Source of the DNA: Antedon mediterranea
Lineage: Eukaryota > Animalia > Echinodermata
Length of the DNA: 64,000 bases
Direction: 5' to 3'
NCBI RefSeq assembly: GCF_964355755.1
Contig: NC_092670.1
Coordinates: forward strand, 20,880,795 to 20,944,794
In this document: in pieces, positions 47,751 to 60,751 of the stretch
How the letters are laid out: each line of letters starts with the position of its first letter
Position numbering within the stretch: position 1 is the first letter of the stretch
Made by a program: the position numbers and the translations under genes
The notes under the pieces: model-generated
The model's database searches: none
Told to the model about the DNA's origin: nothing
Seen by the model: the letters and a program-made list of their open reading frames with translations, nothing else

Positions 47751-49401
47751 TGAGTATGACAAGTAAATGGAACAGCTGTGTGTTTTTGTGCGAGGATCTA
47801 AACGCGGATGAATACTCATCCTTTCTGCTGTTGTTTTTAATAACTGAGGCGGATGTGCAGGGTAGTTCTGAGTTATTAGTACTTCCGGTTTATCGTTTAG
47901 TAATCATCATAGAAAAAAAAAGTGAGTGATATTATGTGATACAGGTTGTCGTGTGGGGACTGAAACACTAGGAAGTCAACATGTATTATCAGGATGTCAA
48001 TATGTAGAATGTGAGATGCAATAATAAATTCTCATTTAATAAAGAATAAAAAGAATAATAATAATAATAATAATAAATGTACTTGTACCTAATAGGCCTA
48101 CATTTCATGATAGTCCATATCAGCTAACTAAATATGAATATTAAATATTAGTAGGCCTACTGTACTATTTATATTATTATGGGAGTATCCATATGTGTTT
48201 GATCCAAAAAAAAATGACCAGGGTAATAATGTGCAGCGCATTGAGAGAGCTATATAAGAATGAAGTATTATCATAATATAAAAAATATCGTACGAATAGA
48301 ACCTTGTGAACCTACTGCGAGGTATAAATTAATTTCAATCGGAAACAGTGTGTTTTTTTTATATTATCTGATTGAATAAAGAATATTACATCAACAATGA
48401 ATATGACCTCGGGTATAAAACTTAGGCTAATTGTGATATCGACTGGATAACATTACAAATTATAAACATTATTCTACCTGAAAAGATAATTTTAGAGATA
48501 TTTCAACATAATGTTTAAATTTAATCCACACCGCCCACGTGAAATAAATACGCAATTAATTGATTAAAATACAAGTAATAATGATAGTCGCTACTGATTA
48601 TAAATAAACAGTATATAAGGAAGACGGTCCTGTTTTGTGTTCAGTCAAGTCCGAGTAAAAATCGTCTTCCCGCGAGTAAAATTGTCTTCCTTATGACGTT
48701 TTGGTACGTTCCTGTTATCTGATTGGACAAGCAATCCTGTAATCTGATTAGTCAAGTTAGGTATAATACTGCGACGTGATTGGTTAAAGTTAGTGATAGT
48801 TAAGCGCGTACAGTTACTCTGATAGGGCACAAGTTTGTTTTGTAACGGAGCATGCGTAAGAATAAGGGCATCAAGAATGTATTGTTCAATGGGCACCAGC
48901 TTGCTGTGTGATTAATTGATGAGTAAAAGATGCAAATAGAAGTTGAAGCGATCAGTTAAATAATGTTTTTTAAAAACAACTCCTAAATATCTGTAATGGA
49001 CTTAGATTGAGTAATTTTGGAGTTAAAATATTGTGGCCGATTTAAAAGTAATGCATACATGTGGCGCTAACTATACCCTACAACAGTACGCACCTTGGGT
49101 TATTTCAGTACATAATCTATTATTGCTAAGGAGATGGCGACTCTCAAAATAATTATCCAAGATTAAACAAATGTTACTGATTAAAACAGTGGTAATCGAT
49201 TATGTACTCATGATTTTACGTCAGCTGATAATGATTACGTCAGTTGATAATGATGACAATGATTTTACGTTATGGCGGTTAATAATTACTCATATGGAAA
49301 TCTGGTAAATATTATAATAAATAATATGGGATCCTAATATTACAAATATCAAACATTCATTTTAGTGTAATTATAGATTAATACATTATTGAAACGTGTA
49401 A

Positions 49402-49605
49402 AGCCTGTTTTCCTGTCGACGTTATTTGACGCTATCATCGTTAATCGTTAACAGTTCAACGACGATCGTTTGAAAACGATCAAGTTAAAATGATAACGAT
49501 AGCAATGACCTTTTTCTGTAAATCGTAAACATTTCAATGTTTACGTAGAAGATCGCCGATTATTGTTAACGATAGCGTCGACTAATGTCGACAGGAAAAC
49601 AGGCT
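49402..49605. mobile_element. MITE family D (PIF/Harbinger type, TAA TSD)
   Basis: TAA|AGCCTGTTTTCCTGTCGAC ... GTCGACAGGAAAACAGGCT|TAA: a perfect 19-bp TIR that extends imperfectly inward (GACGCTATC / GATAGCGTC). Confidence 0.9.
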
Positions 49606-50930
49606 TAAAAGACTAAACTTAAATCCCCAGTGGTTTTAAACAATTAAACTACGTGTACAGTCTATTCAATCAATCAATCAATTTCTTTTATTTCGGAAAT
49701 TTCATCCATATCAACAACAAAAAACCAAAAAAACAATTCGCAAACTCTAAGCTTAAATACATAGGATACTTCTTCATCTACAATACATTTTTGAGTTATG
49801 GAGCATAATGTTTGCAAACAAAAGCAACTAGAATATTACAACTATTCAACATACGTTGCATGAAACCATAGATAGATTTTCACATATACTCAATAAACAT
49901 TTATTTAGAATTTAGATTTTATTCCGTTCGTATTATAAGCCAATATAATAATAATACAACATCAATAAATGTATGCGGAACCCAATTACATCCTATACAA
50001 CGAAATATGAAAAACATCAGTATTATTACGTCACCCAGAAATGTTGTCTTAACTAGAGTACAAATCATCACAGTAAACATAAGTTAATCAACCGCGTTTT
50101 TCTTATTAACGATAATGGTTCGCTCGAGTGTGAATACGTCACAGCAATCGGCGATGTTTGAAGACGTCATGATTATTGACAATATGACGTCACTTACAGC
50201 AATACGCTTTGGCAATAATAATAATCGGCAAGTCTGAATTTAGCGTGAAATTTAACAGAATTTGTATAGATTGTTATTGTGAATATAGAAAGCTATTTCC
50301 GTTTTGAAGGGTTTAATATCAGGTTTTTGAGTGAATAGTGTTATACCGTACGATGTCTGGCCAATAAAATGTTGACAATGAAATGGATTATTGAATGTTT
50401 CCTAGGTAACGGATGCAATATCAAAACAAAATTATTTATTGATACATGTTTGGGGATAATTTCATTCATACAATATGTAATGTAAAACAGAGAAATATGT
50501 ATCCAATTCTAAATTACTTTTGTATTTATTTTTTACGGCCAAATGTAAATAAATTAAAAACAGCACAGTGTCAATAATCAACTCTCGATGTACTCATTGG
50601 CATGGCGACCGTTGTAATAATATAGTAACTAAAAACTTACTGAATATCATTGCAATGTGCATGGTCAACCAATTCAGTGGAAAAATAAGCGTATGGTGTC
50701 ACTGTTCACGTGAATCCTTACGACACACATTATGGATATGACTAATGAATATTCATGTTTTTGTGACGTTTAATGAGGGGTCCCCAACTTATGTACGAAA
50801 AGAAATATCCGGCAACATAACAATTTACCTTATCATCTCTAATAATTAGTGGGCAAGAGGAAACAGAGTGACCAAGACAGTAACGATTAAGACTAACATT
50901 TCCATCGACAACCATAGAGCCTACTTTTAA

Positions 50931-51332
50931 ATACTTGGTTCCCAGTAGCGACGCAACGCAAACACGTATGAAGTACGCAACGTAAGAGAGTTGATCAATA
51001 AAGCTTGGTTCCCACTAGAGACGCAACGCAAAAACGCTGACGCACGCAACGTTAAGTGAGTTGATCAATAAAACTTGTTTCCGATTGGCGGACGCAACGC
51101 AAAAACGTACACGCACGCAACGTAAAGCGTGGTTCCCACTAGCGACGCAACACAAGTGAATTGACCAATCACAAGCGATGGCTTATTCGCTTGTGATTGC
51201 GTTACGTTCTAGTGGGAACCAAGCTTAAGAGAGTTGATCAACACAGCTTGGTTCCCACTGGCGACGCAACGCGAAAACGTAGACACGCGCAACAATCGGC
51301 AAAAAGCGACGGTTCGAATAATCCATCGCTTG
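50931..51332. mobile_element. Tandem/nested cluster of MITE family B
   Basis: Four ~70-bp head-to-tail left-end units, plus a complete 100-bp copy (51126-51225) inserted with a TAA duplication. Confidence 0.85.
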
Positions 51333-51721
51333 CTTAACCATCCTCATCCTACATTATGTTTTTCTACAATCCTCTCTCTCATTCTAATTTATGTGTAGTA
51401 TTTTGTTCAAGATAATACCAAATTAATTATTTCTGTCCTCCTAAAATGGATTTATAATTAAATTACGTACGTATCCTGGATGTGGGGGAGGAACGATTTA
51501 TTTCCTCAGGCGGTTTAGAAATTAAGATCTACAAGGCAATAAACACATCAAGTGGTTTCATCACTTTTTCGCTAATGAATGTTTCCTCACAGAGATTTTG
51601 TTAGAACAACTTGGTCATTTTAAATAGAAGGTCTGGAAATAGCCCACCATAGGTTTAGCGACTATAGAAAACACCCTAGCCACACAGCAAGAAGACGAAG
51701 ACGGCTCTGGACGGGCTCAGG

Positions 51722-51919
51722 TAGTCTGGGTTCCAGACAGAATTTCTACTTAACAGTAGGGCCTAGTAAAAAGACTTGCCACATATGGGGTTTCATACGT
51801 ATACTACTTGAGCTTGTAAACTTTGTATTTCAGACAAACATTGAAAAGCCTCAAAATAACTACAGACTTGAAGAATGGAGGTATAAAAATACCTTCATGC
51901 TTGGGGCAATACAAGTCTA
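51722..51919. mobile_element. Internally deleted relative of the 751-1730 element
   Basis: TAGTCTGGGTTCCAGAC...CACATATGG.GTTTCATACGTATACTACTTGA...CAAGTCTA. Flanks GGGCTCAGG / GGGCTCACA form a degenerate 9-bp TSD. Confidence 0.75.
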
Positions 51920-53387
51920 GGGCTCACATGACATGTGGTACTACCAGGTGGTGGGGGAAGGGGGGGTTCACTCTTCAAACTGTTGGTAATTTAACTAGGC
52001 CTACAACGGAGTATAGAATGTGAGGTATAGCAGTATAGAAGTATAATAAACTGGTTTTAATGCCATTTAATTGTTTTATCAAATGTATATGTACACGCGG
52101 CGAACCAAAAGCGTTGACTAATGCGCATGGGTATTCATAAAGTTTCATCTACTTTCTGTGACGCGAAACAATAGGCAACCAATCAGAACTCGAATATAAT
52201 TCGCTAGTGAAAAAAACATGTTTAATGATTACACAAAGCCTGAACACTAAACAACAAATAATCTTTCATTTAGATTTATTAAACAAGATCCGAAATGCGT
52301 CATAAAACTTAGCTCACGGCAACTAATGCAATGAACAACACCTGGGAAAAGAAGACTAATAATGAATGTTGACGCAATTTGCGTTATTTCTAGCACAACA
52401 ACAGATACAAAACAATGCGTTATATATAAAATAGATGAGTTAAAAAGACGAACGAGATAGGCTATCTATCAAGAGACTAACAAAACAAATTTCTGTGCCA
52501 GTGTCACAGGAATTTCGGCTTTCATTCAACAGGCCTTCAAAGCCCACTACAATTAACTAATTTAAGCCAGTGTCTAATCCAGTCGTGCTTTTACCTCAAC
52601 TTTTATCCAGGTGAAAAAGGTCTTATAAATCAAGTATCAAGAATTCTGCTGACCGAAGGTACACAAACTACTGTACATTCACACTTAAAGTTAGACTGGT
52701 GTTAATAGAGAGAGTAAATCGTTAGGACACGATGATTCCAAATTCTTCTCAGTGAAGAAAACCCTACAAATTAAGGTTAAAAAAGCTTATTTCGAGACCT
52801 AGTTTGTTGTAGACCTAGCCTATGTAACAATAGGCCTGTTTAAAGGTAGGAGGACTGGGCACTTTTGTGGGTCTAAACACACTAGCTACGACTCTAATTA
52901 CTATCAAGGAATATAGGGCGATTGCACCGGGTGATCAATTACGTATTTATTTATCAACATTTTCTTGTGTTCAATAATATTCTATACTACTACATAACAA
53001 CAAACACAGGACGGCAAGGTCACGGCAAACATCGCACATTTTTTGTTGTCAATTTCGACACCAAGATCGGACAGGTTTAGCAGGATTTTCATCACGTTTA
53101 ACCTAGGTACACATATCAGCATAATTACAAGTTGTTGCTAAAGATAGCATGTCCTCGGCAACTCGTTAATTTGGTCAGCTCTTAGTAATCCTGATTGAGC
53201 CGTCATACCATTTTGTTTGTAACGACAGTGTGAACTCAGTGTCAACAGACAACGCCATAATTAGTGCCATTTTGTAACTAGATTAGAAGACGATTTGTAT
53301 AATATTGACTCTACAGATCTATTTCTTATCTTAAAGGGTTATTTAAACTGTTGAGATCCCTATATTATGTAGGCCTACATTAATTTA

Positions 53388-53607
53388 GGAGTTGGGTAGC
53401 CGAGTGGTCAAGACACTTGACTGTTATGACCCGACAACTCCCAGTCCACTCAGCTGTAAATGAGTACCTAATTGAAAATATTAGGGAGAAAAAGTCGGCG
53501 TGGAAAAAAACTTGCCACCCTACCACAATGCCAAGGCTTAGAGGCTACAATGAGCTCCTAACAGCTCATTTCCACTACGATCAGAATGAACACGAGACTC
53601 GCCTACA
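53388..53607 (+). mobile_element. tRNA-derived SINE, copy lacking the B-box
   Basis: Collinear with 60512-60751. The A-box TAGCCGAGTGG is present but the GGTTCAAT segment is deleted. Confidence 0.85.
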
Positions 53608-55380
53608 TTCATTTAAATTTTGCTCTAAATAATCCCTATAAACACATCGAAACTAGAAAAAATCGAAAAAAGAATTTAGGCCTAGAATAAATAGAATGTA
53701 CTGTATAGGGTGAACATGATGGTATGGCCTACCTCACAAATCCATTCACTGTGTACGTTACAAATGAACATAGAGAGGACATTTAGGGGTGGGGGTAACA
53801 TTCTCAAGAAACGTCATTCACTTTAAAATTGAAAAAAATTCATCTCCTTCCCAAAATATTTTTGAAATCAGATTTTCGTTTTTCATGAAGGTGGAAATAA
53901 ACGTGTGTACTTGAGACTTGCTATTTAATGTGCTATTTTAAGCTGAAATCAAATATGAAACATAGCCTACATACGGTAGCTGTTGTGAGAGAGACGACTC
54001 AATATTTTAAAAAGATTCTGACGCTGTTTTATTGACGCATATTATATAACTTTGATACGCGTAAAAATAGAAAGTAAACTGCCTTGTTAAATTGCCTACA
54101 GTCAACGACCACCGAGTTAACGCAGTTTCAAAATACGACGTTTTACGGTGATTGAAATATAAAAAGGTCTTTGATGACGTCATTCCATAATATTCGATAG
54201 TGATGTGTTCACAATAACACAGAATTAATCGTATTTTGAGCGGGCGCTCTGACGTCATCCGTGTAAAATGATGAAATTAATATTACGAAGAGAGATCATT
54301 GTTATTAGCCCTGAAGGACCATTTGAAGACAACGAACACTACTCAAATAGCAGTCCCAGAGTGGTCTTTAGTTAGAGGAATATGTAGGCTGCGATATTTG
54401 TATATTATATTAGAGGCACGCGCACATGAGGGGTTTGTTTTACTTACCCGAAATCTTTTCCATTTTTCTGGCTGTTTTACTTTATCGTTTTTATTTATAT
54501 ATCGTTTCCTTATTTTATTCGTATCTCCATTGAGATCCAGCCGCTGATACCACAGCATTTTTTCAATAATTTCAATTTGCCTTTTGATTTGTATCATCGT
54601 ATATTCTAATTAATTTATGAATAATACAACTTATTAGTATGTTTTATCTGTTTTCAAACGATCTTTGAAAACATAATGTTTGGCGGAAAGAAGGGAGTCG
54701 CGATCATTATGTGTTATGTACCGTACATAATGTAATGTATCTGACGTTATTTTTATCAAGTTGTACAAATAAAAAGGAATGTAAACCTACACTAAATCCG
54801 ATGTCAATTTATGTAACGTTCATTTACGTCAACTCTTGAATTGTTAGAACTTAATTTATATACACTTACGTCAATCGACTTGTGATAAACTATAAAATAA
54901 TTCAAATTTAGAAAGCTTGTTATTTTAACGATTTATAGAATGTATTCTTGGTGTGCAGCAAAGACGACGGAGATAATTGATTCGCTATTAAGTCTGTTAT
55001 TTCAATGTTTGAATTACACTACTGTATCTACAGGTTTTAAAATGAATGTTTATGTCTTAAAACTGTACATATAAATTACCGTTGGTTTTCAAATCTAATA
55101 TAAGAATAATACCGTTGGACGTCAGTAATGGCTTAAAAAAAATTGTTATCGCAAATCTGATTCTGAGTGGAGTACGTTATTGATACAAAGGTTGTAGAGT
55201 GGAAATACACAACATTGCAGCATCTATTGCACCTGTCATCGAAATGTATCAGCCTTTGAATAGAGTCTACAGAGATGGGAGCGAGACAGCAGCATTCAAT
55301 AAAACACCCACATTATACTAAAATAGACATTGTTTATAAGGATCACTGCATACAGCTAACAGGTTTCCATCCAACCCTAA

Positions 55381-55543
55381 AGCTCTGTCTACACTATCAA
55401 ACTTTTATGCGACAACAGAATGTGATGTGCCCTTATATGGAGATGATGATGTCACATCACTACCATATTTAGGCATATCACCACCATATTTGGGTACATG
55501 ATACATTTTTTTGTCAAACTAGTTTCATAGTGTAAACATAGCT
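55381..55543 (+). mobile_element. MITE family A, TAA TSD
   Basis: TAA|AGCTCTGTCTACACTATCAAACT...AGTTTCATAGTGTAAACATAGCT|TAA. Confidence 0.9.
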
Positions 55544-55799
55544 TAAGTCTATATTGGTATGACACATGGACGTAAGCGCAACACAAGTAATGTGGCCAAT
55601 CACAACCCCACTAAACTCGGCGACTTATTTACCTGCCATAATCTATATTTCATGGAAATAGATGCTTAATTAGTTTATTAATACAACCAATTGAAAACAT
55701 GTTTAAATTTACCCACAAAAGACTAATTTATTTACAGGTTTTGGTAACCGAAAACTTATCATAATTTAGCTGTTTTCTATTTACTCAGTATTAGGCCTT

Positions 55800-55859
55800 A
55801 TGATATTAATACAGGTACAATTAGTGACGATGATATTAATACAGGTACAATTAGTGACG
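55800..55859. repeat. Perfect 30-bp tandem duplication
   Basis: ATGATATTAATACAGGTACAATTAGTGACG x2. Confidence 0.9.
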
Positions 55860-55972
55860 ATATCCGTATACCTGCACCTATCGAATGATGTTTTCATTGA
55901 TTGGCACACATACCCTTTCTGGAGGGTGGGGGTGGGGGGAGGGGGAAGTGGATGAAATTCCCAATACCCTAA

Positions 55973-56112
55973 AGGTCTGTCTACACTATCAAACGTTATG
56001 TGACAAAAAAAAAGTGATGTGCCCATAAAATGGGCATGATCACTACTATATTTGGGCATATCACTACCATATTTGGGCACATCACACTAGTTTGATGGTG
56101 TAGACAAGAGCT
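55973..56112 (+). mobile_element. MITE family A
   Basis: TAA|AGGTCTGTCTACACTATCAAAC...AGTTTGATGGTGTAGACAAGAGCT|TTA. Confidence 0.85.
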
Positions 56113-58370
56113 TTATCCATCCGTGTTGCTTTTATTCAATTCAATGTGACGTAAACGTAATACATAATGTATTCATCCTTATGTACGTGTTGAATTAAAT
56201 ACAAAAAGCATAGAAATTGAATATCAGATAGACACAAATCCCTAATACGCCATTTCTCCAGATTGATATTTTGAATAACAATATCACGTCTACCGGAATG
56301 TAAGAGGGGAATCCCCTTATTATTTACCGTCTGTTGCTCTTATTGTTTTACTTACGTGACGTTGAAATGAGATACAATCACAGAGATGTGCGATTTAAAC
56401 TCACCTTGCATAAACACAAATATAAAATGAATATATAAAAGCACAATATTAAAACAAAAAAAATCACAATATAGAAAACAAAAAAGTACTAGGAACTTTA
56501 ACTAGGCCCTTTCATATTATATTGTGCCCATTCGCTACAGGTGTATTGAAAGTCCAGAGTAAAAACGTACAAATAGGCCTAGTTGAAATACTCAGCCTAA
56601 AAGTGAAAAACTGAAGGGAAGATTTTGAAAGAATAGTGGTAGAAAAACCATAGCAATATTATTCAGAAACAGGTACTGTATTGTTTTTGTGTATTGTTGT
56701 GTATTGTATTGCGACAATTTAAAATCACTCATATTTCTTTACTACGCATGCGCGCATAACTTCAGAGGACACCTCTATTTACGGGACACTTCTAACCTTC
56801 TCATGAAACGAATGAGGGAAAATAAATGTTATTGTATAATGAACACCCATATTTGTTTAATACTGCACTTTGTGTATGTCGACTCTATGGTGTTATTGTC
56901 AACGCTTTAATATTATTTCAATCAATAACACAATAATATTGGCATATGGTTCGACAGGAAATCGGGTATTTTTATTAGAACTGTTGTTACTATATATAGT
57001 TTGTATTTAGAAATAATAATGGACAAGTCATAATTACCCTTTTCCATTTATCCACACCGTTATTAAAATACAATTATTAGTCCCCGTATTTCTAGTAAGA
57101 GAATATTATGTATTTTCTGAATATTATGTAGTCTTAAAAAGTTCACCTAGTACCGTATAAGATGAATGGAACGTCCAACGAGGAATGTCTAATTAGTTTT
57201 TCAATGGTTTAAAATTCCCCCCTATGGTTTAATAACTAATCTATGCTGAAGACAAACAGATAAATCTAACCTAAATTCTGACGGGAGGAAAAATGGGTAG
57301 AGGAGTGACGATATTAAATGATGCAGAGGCTGTGCTCCGACACACCTGTTATCGAATGGTTTAGTCCATTATTGGGACATTTCAATTTCCATACATGTAA
57401 AATAACACTTTAATAAAAACATTATTCAATACAAATTCGAAGAAAAAAATATTCAAAACACATCAATACATCCTGTATTTGTAATTCCGAAAACAAAAAT
57501 AAACTAGGTTGAACACTGGATTGTTTTTGTATTTCAGTACATCAATTACACTATATAGACAGAAATATAATGCTGTTTAACATTGCATAGTAAACAAGAC
57601 ATAAATAATGATACAATATCTAAACTTACCTTAATAAATATTGCATATAACAATATAACTGACGAAAGCACGAATTGAACACAGTAATAATAATGTTTAT
57701 GTACAATTTAAAAAATATTTTTATTGCTATTTTATGGACGGAAATATGAAAGTACTTGTAAGGAATTTAAAATAAATAAAATAAGATCAAGTTTCTCACT
57801 TAATATTTGTTTTTCTATGTTAATTGCAAAACATGCATTATTTTATAACAAACGCTTTAAATACATTTGAACAAAACACATTTCATTTTTTGTAAATAGT
57901 ATTTAGGTCTAAATTTAAACTTTATGTTTAAAATATATTTTTATTTATTCTATTTTAATTTATTATTCTTTTGTTTTGGCAAATCTATAAATAACAACAT
58001 TTCTTTAATTTAATCAAGGTTTAATAACATACAAATTTCAAAGCTCATAAACTAAACATAAATAATGAACATTTAAACCGTAATGTGTCATAATATTTAC
58101 ACCAACTAAAGTTGTTTACATGAAGGACATTAACAAATGTTGCCATTTTAGAATAGCTATAGGCCTACTTGTGTCAAGATGCTCTTTTACTATATCCAAA
58201 ATAGTCATTATTAGATTGTATATGTTTGCCTGTAAATCCAAGGGCATTGGTTCAAGTCTAGTGGTATCCTAGTTAAGTGCTTAACATTTTTTAGTATACA
58301 AGAGCGATGGTTCATTTCTGACCAAGGCTTAAAAGCCAGAACTATCTAACCAAACAAATATCTATATTTA

Positions 58371-58553
58371 AGCCTTTTCTATGGTATCAAACTTTATGTG
58401 ACAAAAAAAATGTGATGTGCCCATATATGGACATGATGTCATATTACTACCATATTTTGAAATATTACTACGATATTTGGACATATCACCACCACATTTG
58501 GGCACATCACACTTTTTATTTCAAACTAGTAAATTGATAGTGTAGACAGAGTT
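58371..58553 (+). mobile_element. MITE family A, TTA TSD
   Basis: TTA|AGCCTTTTCT..TATCAAACTTTATGTGAC...TTGATAGTGTAGACAGAGTT|TTA. Confidence 0.85.
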
Positions 58554-59512
58554 TTAGGCCTCAAGACAAGAAATCATGGGTTGTAGTTTGTGTGTGTAAA
58601 ACTGACTGATGGCAGCGAAGTATTAATACATATTGATGTACTGTAATATTTAGGAAGCAGTTTGCAGCTACTGGTTGATGATCAAAACTTGGTTATGACT
58701 TTTGATCTCTCATATCAAATCATTCTTATTCGCCCCTTTCTGAAGAAAAAATGTAATATTAAATAAAAAAATAAACATCAATATCCAAAAAATAAATATC
58801 AATATTAAATAAATAAATATTTATATTAAATAAATACATTATCAAATAAGATAATGTAAATTATACATTAACCAAACAAACATTTGTTTTTTTATTTATT
58901 TATTTTATTTAAATGTCTTTTTTTCTTTTTTTACAGTATTTAACTGTTTATTCTACAAATATTACCTTTAAAACTTAAACTATTAAATATATTTTAAGAA
59001 AAAAGAATTTATATTGTAGGTGGTTATAAGTACTGTATTTAATCATTACAAAACATATATTCACTTAGAATATGCCATTTTAGCTTTATCAAAGGTTATC
59101 AAATGTTTTATTTTTTTAAATTGTAAAAATACTACAATCACTCACTTTAGTTCTATTTTAATAAAACAAAAATACAATAGTGTTTAAGTTATAAATGGTA
59201 ATGTAAATATATTTGATGCATAGTTGCAAATAAAAGGATATTAAAAGATAAATAAGATTATTTAGCTTATCCCTAATAACCTAACTGAATGTATCAAAAT
59301 ACTAAAAGCAGTATATTCTAATACTGAAGGTTACAAATGCTATGTTATTATCAATAACAACTTAAACTGCATCTTAATGTCTAGAGATATAACGCTCACA
59401 ATCAATCTATCAAATATGCGAGTTATTTTAAGTAACTTATTTGCTTCTTACCTATTAAATTTGTATTATTTATTTTTAGGATGAATTTTTATAAGCATCA
59501 TATTTTAAAATA

Positions 59513-60225
59513 CAGAGCCTCTCTATTGGGACAGTACTATTCAGCTCAATTAAGGGACACTTTTCTCCTGGAAGTGTCCCTTTAATAGAGGTTCTGCAAA
59601 ATTGAAAAAGTTAATGCATCCACTGTCCCTTTAAGTTAACCCATTTTGTTAACCCTTTTTTTGGGAAACCACTATCCAGGGGACACATCAATTAAGGGAC
59701 ACTTTCCTGTTAAACTATAACAAAGGGGAATAATATGTTTCAACACTACTGCCAACCCTTATTCAGGGGACACCATGATGAAGGGGACTTTCTGGAAGTG
59801 GATCCCCTTAATAGAGGTTCTGCAAAAATTTAAAAAGTTAATGCAACCACTGTCTCTTTAAGTTAACCCATTTTGTTAACCCTTTTTTTTGGGAAACCAC
59901 TATCCAGGAGACACATCAATTTAGGGACACTTTCCTGTTAAACTATAACAAGGGGGAATAATATTTTTCAACACTACTGCCAATCCTTATTCAGGGGACA
60001 CCATGATGAAGGGGACTTTCTGGAAGTGGATCCCCTTAATAGAGGTTCTGCAAAAATTTAAAAAGTTAATGCAACCACTGTCTCTTTAAGTTAACCCATT
60101 TTGTTAACCCTTCTTTTGGGACACCACTATCCAGGGCCCGGGGACACATCAATTAAGGGACACTTTCCCCTGGAAGTGTCCCCTTAATAGAGGTTCTACT
60201 GTATGCCAATCCAACCACTGTCCCA
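59513..60225. repeat. ~228-bp tandem repeat (about 3 units) built from Tc1/mariner (pogo/Tigger-like) MITE ends plus flanking DNA
   Basis: TTAATAGAGGTTCT recurs at ~59582, ~59808, ~60036 and ~60184; the last ends GAGGTTCTACTG|TA. AAGGGACAC / GTGTCCC inverted motifs are present. Related fragments lie near 10970-11115 and 56762-56792. Confidence 0.8.
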
Positions 60226-60229
60226 TTTA

Positions 60230-60372
60230 AGCTTGGTTCCCACTAGAGACGCAACATAAGGACGTAACGCAACGTAAGTTAGTTGACCAATGACAAGCGA
60301 TGGATTATTCAAACTGACAATTTTCATTGGTCAACATGCTTGCGTTGCGTCCGTCCTAGTGGGAACCAAGCT
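60230..60372. mobile_element. Full-length MITE family B
   Basis: AGCTTGGTTCCCACTAG ... CTAGTGGGAACCAAGCT perfect 17-bp TIR, with an internal TTGACCAATGA / TCATTGGTCAA palindrome and TWA flanks. Confidence 0.9.
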
Positions 60373-60511
60373 TAAGTTAAATAAATTCTTGTTACTGCAT
60401 TGGTATTATGAAATGGTAGTGTAGTGCAACCGAAAGTTAAATCACTTATTTAAATCCTCCAAAGAAATCCTAATGATTCAAATCTATTTTTAATGTATGT
60501 AAGACAAATGA

Positions 60512-60751
60512 AAGGAGTTGGATAGCCGAGTGGTTAGGACACTTGACTGTCGTACAGATAGACCCGGGTTCAATGCCCGACAACTCCCAGTCCACTCAGC
60601 TGTAAAATGAGTACCTGGTTGAAAATACTAGGGAGAAAAAAGGTGGCGTGGAAAGGAACTGGCCACCCTACCACATAATGCCGAGGCTTAGTACAATGAG
60701 CTCCTAACAGCTCATTCCCCTACGTTCAGAGAACACGGGACTCACCTTTTC
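60512..60751 (+). mobile_element. Full-length tRNA-derived SINE with 11-bp TSD
   Basis: A-box TAGCCGAGTGG, B-box GGTTCAATGCC, central CCACTCAGCTGTAAAATGAGTACC and a T-run 3' end. AAGACAAATGA flanks it at 60501-60511 and 60752-60762. Confidence 0.9.

Noticed and set aside
50931-51332. CRISPR-like repeat-spacer array
   Set aside because: The intervening segments are homologous to each other and to a MITE; the context is eukaryotic and there are no cas genes.
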